A stretch of 15,519 bases of DNA from NCBI RefSeq assembly GCF_006345805.1, contig NW_021825409.1:1-15519 (forward strand), given 5' to 3'. Origin of the DNA: Octopus sinensis. Its lineage: Eukaryota. This document shows, in pieces, positions 8,771 through 15,519 of the stretch. Numbering within the stretch: position 1 is the first letter of the stretch; each line of letters opens with the position of its first letter. The notes under the pieces are model-generated. The model saw nothing but the letters and a program-made list of their open reading frames with translations, did no database searches and was not told the origin of the DNA. Made by a program: the position numbers and the translations under genes.

Positions 8771-9405
8771 TCGTTCTTGTTGCTGTCATCGTCGTCGTCG
8801 TTGTTGTCGCTATTTTTGTTTTTATTGTTGCTGTTGTTTTTGGTGTTGCCGTTGTTTTTGTTATTGCTTTTATTGTGTTGTTGTTGTTTTTGTTGTTGTT
8901 ATTGTTTTGTTGTTATTGTTGTTGTTTTGTTGTTGCTTTTGATGTTGCTACTGTTGTTGTTGTTGTTTCTGTTGCTTTTGCTGGTGGTTTTGCTGTTGCT
9001 TTTGTTGTTTTTTGCTGTTGTTGTTTTTTTTTGTTTTTGGTGTTGTTACTGATTTTGCTGGTGTTGTGTTTGTTGTTGTTTTTTTTTGCTGTTATTGTTA
9101 CCGTTGTTATTGTTGTAGTTGTGGTTGTTGTTGTTGTTGTTGTTGTGGTGGTGGTGGTGGTGGTGGTGTTGACGGTGATGGTGGTGGTGGTGGTAGTGGT
9201 AGTGATAGTGGTGGTGATGGTGGTGGTGGTGTTGGGGGTGATGATGGTGGTTGTGGTGGTGGTGGTGGTGGTGGTGGTGATGGTGGTGGCGGTGGCGGTG
9301 ATGGTGGTGGTGGTGGTGGTGGTGGTGGTGGAGGTGATGGTGGTGGTGGTGAGGGTGGTGGTGGTGGTGGTGGTGGTGGTGTGGTGGTGGTGGTGGTGGT
9401 GGTGA
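8771..9405. repeat. (GTT)n grading into (GGT)n trinucleotide array
   Basis: Directly visible; source of the poly-V/G/T/P ORFs. Confidence 0.95.
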
Positions 9406-9413
9406 CGGTTGTT

Positions 9414-9630
9414 AAGGCGGCGACACGGCAAATTTTATTTGTGCGTCGGACAAACTGCTTAACAGCATTTCTTCCTGCTCTTCCCATTCCGAATTCAAAT
9501 TCCGCCGAGGGCGACTTTGCCTTTCATCTTTCAATCGTCTTAAAATAAATACCAGACAAGTACTTAGATCGATATAATCGATTTACGCCTCTCTTCAATT
9601 TGATAGTCTTGGGCCAAAATTGGAAAAAAT
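9414..9630 (+). mobile_element. Diverged SINE family A, tail type 3
   Basis: AAGGCGGCGA head, TTCAAATTCCGCCGAGGGCGACTTTGCCTTTCATC core, GCCAAAATTGGAAA tail. Confidence 0.85.
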
Positions 9631-9720
9631 TATTGTTATTGTTGTTGCTAATTTTTCTCACTCCTCCACACCATTTTCCTCTTCGTCTCCTCCTCATCCT
9701 CCTTCTTTTCCTTTTTCTGC

Positions 9721-9740
9721 ATTATTATTATTATTATTAC

Positions 9741-9789
<49 letters not shown>

Positions 9790-10050
9790 GTTATTATTAT
9801 TGTTATTATTATTGCTATTATTCTGTTATTTCTTCTTTCTTTCATCCTCGTCTCCTCCTTGTTCTCCTCACCTTCTTCTTCTTCCTCTCTTTATTCTTCT
9901 TATTCTTCTTTCTCTTCGTCTCCTTTTTAATTACTCTCCCACTTCATCGTCTCTTTCCTCTTCTCCTTCATCTTCTCTTCTCATCTCCTCCTCTTCTTCA
10001 TCCTCTTTATTCTCCCTCCTCCCCTCTTCTACATTTTCCTCCGTCAACTC
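9721..10050. repeat. (ATT)n followed by degenerate (CTT/CCT)n low-complexity tract
   Basis: Directly visible. Confidence 0.9.
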
Positions 10051-10201
10051 CCTCAAAGACGTTAAAAACTCAACACTGACCGATATCTTTTTCACTGTGT
10101 TTCCACAAAACACTAAATCCGCCAAAACACTTATTTCAAAAATACCCCCATTGGTGCACTCTTAACGTTTCCTAATTTCCACGGAGAAACATTCCCTTCG
10201 A

Positions 10202-10227
10202 GATAGACAGATAGATAAATAGAATAG

Positions 10228-10282
<55 letters not shown>
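10202..10282. repeat. (GATA)n/(GA)n microsatellite
   Basis: Directly visible. Confidence 0.95.
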
Positions 10283-10284
10283 GG

Positions 10285-10537
10285 ATATGTTTCTCTATTA
10301 GCCACACAGGGCTGAACACAGACGGGGCAAATTACAAGGTAGAGCTTTTCTTTTTGAGGAGAAAAAAAAGGCGGGGTAGGTTTTCGATCAAAAGGGATCG
10401 CAAAAAGGAAAGAAAAAAACTCTCAATAGGGATCGTGTATCACAGAAATATTATGATATAAAATGTAGAGGGGGGAACAGATAAGTTTTATCCGTGGAAA
10501 GAAAAGCCTACGGAAAAGACTACAGTAACCTCGGTCA
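10285..10537 (-). mobile_element. 3'UTR fragment of a second non-LTR retrotransposon-like family (possibly L1/Tx1)
   Basis: T-rich on the minus strand, ending TTTGCCCCGTCTGTGTTCAGCCCTGTGTGGCTAATAGAGAAAC, similar to SINE A type 1 tails; embedded between GA/GATA arrays. Confidence 0.6.
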
Positions 10538-10572
10538 ATAGATAGATAGATAGATAGATAGTTAGATATATT

Positions 10573-10627
<55 letters not shown>
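10538..10627. repeat. (GATA)n microsatellite
   Basis: Directly visible. Confidence 0.95.
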
Positions 10628-10646
10628 CGTTAGCTCCAAATGATGT

Positions 10647-10802
10647 TTATTGTCTCTGTGTTTATTTCTTCGTGTCCCTTTCTGTTGAAGAGCGTAGGCT
10701 CGAAGCGTAAAAGATTTTCTCACCTTCCCGAGCGTTAAACTAATACACCTGTTCGTTGTTTATAAATATGTCTTCGTCTTTTGTTTTTCTTTAAATTTCA
10801 AT
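10647..10802 (+). mobile_element. Short repeat with a hammerhead-like motif, copy 1 (Penelope-like pLTR fragment?)
   Basis: Homologous to 11481-11649 (GAAGAGCGTAGGCTCGAA..TTCCCGAGCGTTA..CTAATACA..TGTCTTCGTCTTTTGTT). Confidence 0.8.
10678..10713 (+). ncRNA. Minimal type I hammerhead-like fold with a mutated core
   Basis: CTTT|CTGTTGA|A|GAGC-GTAG-GCTC|GAAG|CG|TA|AAAG; deviates from the canonical core at A6 and A15.1. Confidence 0.45.
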
Positions 10803-10864
10803 TACAGTGGGACTGAACCCGGAACCATGCGGTTTGTAAGCAAGCTACTTACCACACAGCCACT
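10803..10864 (-). mobile_element. SINE family B 5' head fragment
   Basis: CAGTGGGACTGAACCCGGAACCATG..GTAAGCAAGCTACTTACCACACAGCCACT matches 8290-8340 and 15167-15225. Confidence 0.9.
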
Positions 10865-11266
10865 AAAATGTATTGCGCCTAAAAATATATTGCGGCCAAC
10901 GTGTATGTTGGGTTACGTATTCGTCTTTATCTCGTTATCATTTCCCAAAATCATTTATTATAGTGAATATTAGAATTACTAGTCGTATGACAGCTAACTG
11001 CACAGATATATTTTTATCGTCATGAGAAATATCAGGAAATATGACAAGCTTAAAATAATTATAATTTTGATTTTTATCGAAATTTTTGGTGCTTATACAA
11101 AATGAATAAATAAATACCGATTTTCGAAAGAAAAATACTTATTACATTGAAATTAAATGAAGCCAATTTCTCATTTCTATATTTGTGAAAGAACAAATTG
11201 TTATTTTTCTAAATTTTATCAATATTATCTAAATCTACCCCAGTGAAATCGTGTCTTTTGTTTTCC

Positions 11267-11480
11267 ATCTTTTGCTTGCTTCGGTCATTAGAGTGCAGCC
11301 ATGCTGGTGGGGGGGGCCTGCCTTGAAGATTTTAGTCGAACCCTAGGAATTAATTATTTTGGTCTCTTTTGCCGGACATCTAAGTTACGGGAACATAAAC
11401 ACATCAACATCGGTTGTCAAGCGGTGATGGGGACACAAACACAGACGCAGAGACACATACATAGATATATACACACACAT
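11267..11480 (-). mobile_element. SINE family B 3' half (5' half at 11960-12070)
   Basis: GGTCATTAGAGTGCAGCCATGCTGG..CTCTTTTGCCG..CATCGGTTGTCAAGCGGTG..ACAAACACAGAC. Confidence 0.85.
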
Positions 11481-11649
11481 ATTGTTTCTCCCCTTGTTTC
11501 TTTCTGTGTTCCTTTCTGTGGAAGAGCGTAGGCTCGAAACGTTAAAGACTTTTTCAATTCCCGAGCGTTATACTAATACATCTGTTTGTTTTCTACACCC
11601 CCTGTCTTCGTCTTTTGTTGTTTTGTGAATTCTCACTATTCTCACTATA
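11481..11649 (+). mobile_element. Short repeat with a hammerhead-like motif, copy 2
   Basis: Homologous to 10647-10802; ends in tandem ATTCTCACT x2 followed by (TA)n. Confidence 0.8.
11512..11547 (+). ncRNA. Minimal type I hammerhead-like fold with a non-canonical U6
   Basis: CTTT|CTGTGGA|A|GAGC-GTAG-GCTC|GAAA|CG|TT|AAAG: stem I, stem II, palindromic stem III (ACGT) and an NUH triplet are all in register. Confidence 0.55.
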
Positions 11650-11664
11650 ATATTATATATTATA

Positions 11665-11710
<46 letters not shown>

Positions 11711-11712
<2 letters not shown>

Positions 11713-11925
11713 GTAAAATTAATTAATTATTATTAATAATTTTGCCAAGTAGTGTTCAGTATGTAAAAAGACCATTTACGGTATATTTAAAACATTACTT
11801 TATATAATTATTTCGGGAAACTCTTCTTATAGTAGAGAAATAGCTAAATTCTTTGGCTGCTATTTCTAAAAGTTCGGTGTGTGGTAAAGTAAATTTTCTT
11901 TTGCTGAACCTTAATATAACGTAAT

Positions 11926-11930
<5 letters not shown>
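11711..11930. mobile_element. Unclassified AT-rich insert between (TA)n runs, inside a split SINE B
   Basis: Bounded by (TA)n on both sides and lies between the two halves of one SINE, so it is a later insertion; family unknown (Penelope-like is a guess). Confidence 0.45.
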
Positions 11931-11959
<29 letters not shown>

Positions 11960-11961
<2 letters not shown>

Positions 11962-12070
11962 GCTTTGGTTTTTCCCTAGACCATAGCAGAAGGCACTTGC
12001 TGAAGGTTCCACACAATGGGACTCAACCTGGAACCCTGTGGTTCGGAAGCATGTTTCTTACCACACAGCT
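11960..12070 (-). mobile_element. SINE family B 5' half, diverged
   Basis: GGCTTTGGT..ATAGCAGAAGGCACTTGC..TGGGACTCAACCTGGAACC..CTTACCACACAGC. Confidence 0.85.
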
Positions 12071-12183
12071 AAAAACTTAGTATATGCCTTCATCCTGATA
12101 CCTCTTACATTAATCCTCTTTGAGGCTCTCTTGTACTCTAGCCTTCACTTTTTTCTGTTCGATATAAAACGTGACTGTAGAAA

Positions 12184-12232
12184 TCAACCAACCAACCAAC
12201 CAACAGACCAACCAGCCAACCGACTGACCGAC
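12184..12232. repeat. Degenerate (CAAC)n tetranucleotide repeat
   Basis: Directly visible. Confidence 0.85.
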
Positions 12233-12561
12233 ATTTATAAAGGTTGGTGTTAAATAATGAAGGCTTCTCTTATCAATACACTCATCCTGGCTATATGTGG
12301 TGTCAGTTTTCAATCAGATGCTTGTCAAACAGTATTTTCCTCTTTATTCACCTTTTCTCCAATTGCGTTCACAGCAACATAGCAAATCTGTCACGTCAGA
12401 GCTTTTTTTTCTGGCTAATAATTTTGGACGTCATTTTGAATTCTTGTTATTCGGTTTATTATCTTTTGTTTCGTTTTAATAGTTGCTGGTTTTGTTTCGT
12501 TTCCTTCTGTTGCTTTTTTCAGTTCTTCTAAGAAAGAATCATTTCTTAGCTAAGTCCCTTG

Positions 12562-12635
<74 letters not shown>
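12562..12635. repeat. (TC)n(TA)n(TG)n microsatellite
   Basis: Directly visible. Confidence 0.95.
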
Positions 12636-12636
<1 letters not shown>

Positions 12637-12771
12637 ACCGGAGTAAACAAATAAATGTGAAACAAGGTGGAAAAAAGAGTACTCAAATACCAGTGGTAGA
12701 GTAATATGCTTTATTTAAAGCAGCAGAAAATTGTTGAATTTGCTGCTTTGAAAATTGCTGCTTTAAATAAG
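12635..12771. mobile_element. Short insert between microsatellites ending in an inverted duplication
   Basis: 15-bp perfect inverted repeat at 12711-12725 / 12756-12770; flanked by (TG)n and (TA)n. Confidence 0.5.
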
Positions 12772-13115
12772 TTATATATATATATATATATATATACATC
12801 ACACCATATCATAGAATTATTTTAATACTTACTATTGCAGTTCCAAATTTCTCTTCTACAAATTTCCCTTCAATTAAATATAAAAATATAGGAATAGTCA
12901 TAGAATTATAAATAAGCTATGGAGAGTGCTGATGATTGCAGCTAAGACAGGATTCTGAAAAAGACTGAGGGTCTCATGAAACACGTGTAGAAGAGATGAA
13001 TTGCATGGGGACTTCTATCTCTAAATGGCATATATTTTCTTATCAAAATTAATTCATTTTATTTGAATCCCTGTGACGCCAGAATTTTTATTCCCTAATT
13101 AATATATATATATTA

Positions 13116-13322
13116 CAGACAAAACAGTAATATTCCGAACGCAGTATGGCCGTAAAAGCAACAAAAAAATGGGTATTTTGCCCTTATATGACGGAAAAAG
13201 TTGACAGTTGACAGCCACAGGACTGTCCACTGACAACGTTTTCTGTCATACAAGGGTAGAGTATCCAATCATTTTGCTGTTTTTATGGCTATACTGCGTT
13301 CGGAATATTACTTTCTTGTCTG
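13116..13322. mobile_element. 207-bp foldback element (MITE-like), CAG...CTG termini flanked by TA
   Basis: ~100-bp imperfect inverted arms with a 22-bp perfect core (13126-13147 / 13291-13312) and an ~8-nt loop; TA at 13114-13115 and 13323-13324. Confidence 0.75.
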
Positions 13323-13404
13323 TATAATACGATACACGTTCGCCACTTCCAAGAAAAAAACCAATAGAATGTTGTCTACATATGTCTGTTGAAAAAAAAT
13401 ATTT

Positions 13405-13686
<282 letters not shown>

Positions 13687-13896
13687 ATAAAACATTATAA
13701 TTGCAGAAGAACATTATCGCCATCCAGTCTTGCTAAATATAATCTTCCCATGTTGCTTTTGGGTAATGAATTCTAAATGCGCTTGTTTTTGTTCCGTCTT
13801 TACTTTCTTTCCTCCTCCTAATTCAATTAGCTTCCAGTTAAGAATACTACAATAGTATTTCATTATGGTTACAGTTAGAATATTCATACATACAAT

Positions 13897-13915
13897 ACAC
13901 ACACACACACACACA

Positions 13916-13969
<54 letters not shown>

Positions 13970-14133
13970 GATATATATATTCATATATATGTGTATGTAT
14001 CTATGTATGTGTATATATATATACATATATATATATATAATTAATATATATATATATACACACATATATAATCTATATATATATACACACACAACACACA
14101 CACACACACATATATAATATATATATATATATA
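13897..14133. repeat. (CA)n/(TA)n microsatellite
   Basis: Directly visible. Confidence 0.95.
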
Positions 14134-14344
14134 TCTGCTATATTACTTTTCATTTAGCGCTGTTTTAAGTATTAATCTATTGCAACTATGATATTGCTTC
14201 GTAATCTTTTCTTTCACATAAGCGTGTTACACTTTTGTCAAGATCATTGATTCCGAAGCATACCAATGTACTATGTTTTGTGAAATTCTCTTAATTCGTT
14301 TAATTTGACTGCAACCTTCTACAGTTACCAAAAGATTTAGGTTT

Positions 14345-14425
14345 CGTGCAGCTGGAAAAAAAACGCTACGCGGCAGGTGTTCCTGCTCTTTACGTTCTCT
14401 CATCAAATGCTGTCGAAGTCGATAA
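14345..14425 (+). mobile_element. Very diverged SINE family A fragment
   Basis: GCTCTTTACGTTCT..TCAAATGCTGTCGAAGTCGA resembles GTCTTTACGTTCTGAGTTCAAATT.CGCCGAGGT at 8613-8645. Confidence 0.45.
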
Positions 14426-14797
14426 ATAACTTAATATCGTGTAAAGCATTTTGACGTTTTGGTCGATAGTCCTTCATTAATAAAACAAATATTTGATCAG
14501 AACGCTATTCGTTAACGTACAGCTTAATTGGTCAACGTTCAGGTGATTGTCGTGCGAGAAAGTTACGTACATGATTACCTCCATCGAATATAAAATATGA
14601 CCGTTAGATGGGTGATATATATACGAATGGAGAGATTTTTATATAAACAGTTGATAGTATACTCAGGTTAATTATTGGTAGTGACACTGTGTTTCGTAAT
14701 GCAAGCGTGACATATTACCAAGTATATAGAGGGCTTGTAAGTAAATGTTGTGTCCTACCCATGTTAGCAGTGCGAATCACTCACTTTTTAAAACCAT

Positions 14798-15012
14798 CTC
14801 GTTTCAGTCATTTGACTGTGGCCATTCTGGAGCACCGCCTTTAGTCAAGGAAATCGACCCCAGGACTTAGTCTTTGTAAGCCTGGTACTTATTCTATCGG
14901 TCTATTTTGCCGAACTGCTAGGTTACGAGGACATAAACACACCAGCATCCGTTGTCAGGCGGTGTTGGGGGACAAACACAGACACACAAACACACACACA
15001 TAAACATATATA

Positions 15013-15067
<55 letters not shown>

Positions 15068-15225
15068 TATACGACGGTCTTCTTTCAGTTTCTGTCTAAA
15101 AAATCCACTCACAAGGCTGTGGTCAGCCTGAGGCTATAGTAGAAGACGCTTGCCCAAGGTGCCACGCAGTTGGACTGAACCCGGAATCATGTGGTTCGTA
15201 AGCAAGCTACTTACCACACAGCCAC
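14798..15225 (-). mobile_element. Near full-length SINE family B with expanded internal (CA)/(TA)n
   Basis: Homologous to 7953-8349; A box GTGGCTGTGTGG and B box GGTTCAGTCC on the minus strand. Confidence 0.92.
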
Positions 15226-15519
15226 AGCCAGCACTGAAAGTTACAATGTGTCGAACTCGAACACGTCCATGTAAACAACAAGTAATGGGTAAAACGAACG
15301 TACCAGCAGCCAGGAATTAGGTTAATATGTAGATTTAGTATATCAAATTGTGCTACATCGATAAATTTAGTGGCTATTTCAGCAATATATTCTTGAATGA
15401 TTGATGGGTTGAATGTGGTGCCGAAAAAGGAGCAAGGGCTCTGTAAATATCTAAATGCACCTATTGCCTATTTTACGTACCAACCTAGTTTTCTCTCTTC
15501 CATTGCATTGCTTACATGG

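Noticed and set aside
8734-9548. Long poly-V, poly-T (mucin-like), poly-G and poly-P ORFs
   Set aside because: Open in many frames on both strands, a hallmark of a trinucleotide array, and bounded by SINEs
11795-11930. Possible GIY-YIG endonuclease fragment on the minus strand
   Set aside because: Only a vague resemblance (THRTFRNSSQR); no diagnostic motif
14430-14790. Unique sequence as a possible exon (also 15230-15519)
   Set aside because: No convincing acceptor-ORF-donor arrangement or recognisable protein motif; a small exon cannot be excluded without RNA-seq

Overview
Repeat-saturated, non-coding eukaryotic DNA. It is most likely a coleoid cephalopod (Octopus-like), judged from SINE/LINE families recalled from memory and not checked against a database. 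I see no intact protein-coding gene: the long ORFs in the track are read-throughs of microsatellites or SINEs. The window holds: (1) large (TA)/(TG) and trinucleotide microsatellites; (2) three tRNA-derived SINE families, about a dozen copies, three with clear target-site duplications (TSDs); (3) a decayed DD34D mariner transposon interrupted by two SINEs; (4) a 5'-truncated R4/Dong-type LINE inside an (ATT)n array; (5) 3' ends of two other LINE-like families whose last ~35-40 nt match two different tails of one SINE family; (6) a two-copy short repeat carrying a minimal type I hammerhead-like fold with a non-canonical core, plus two weaker hammerhead-like relics; (7) two long foldback hairpins. 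The best leads are the hammerhead-like repeat, the SINE tail swapping matched to LINE tails, the chain of insertions in (ATT)n arrays, and the hairpins. I cannot claim a wholly new system from the sequence alone.
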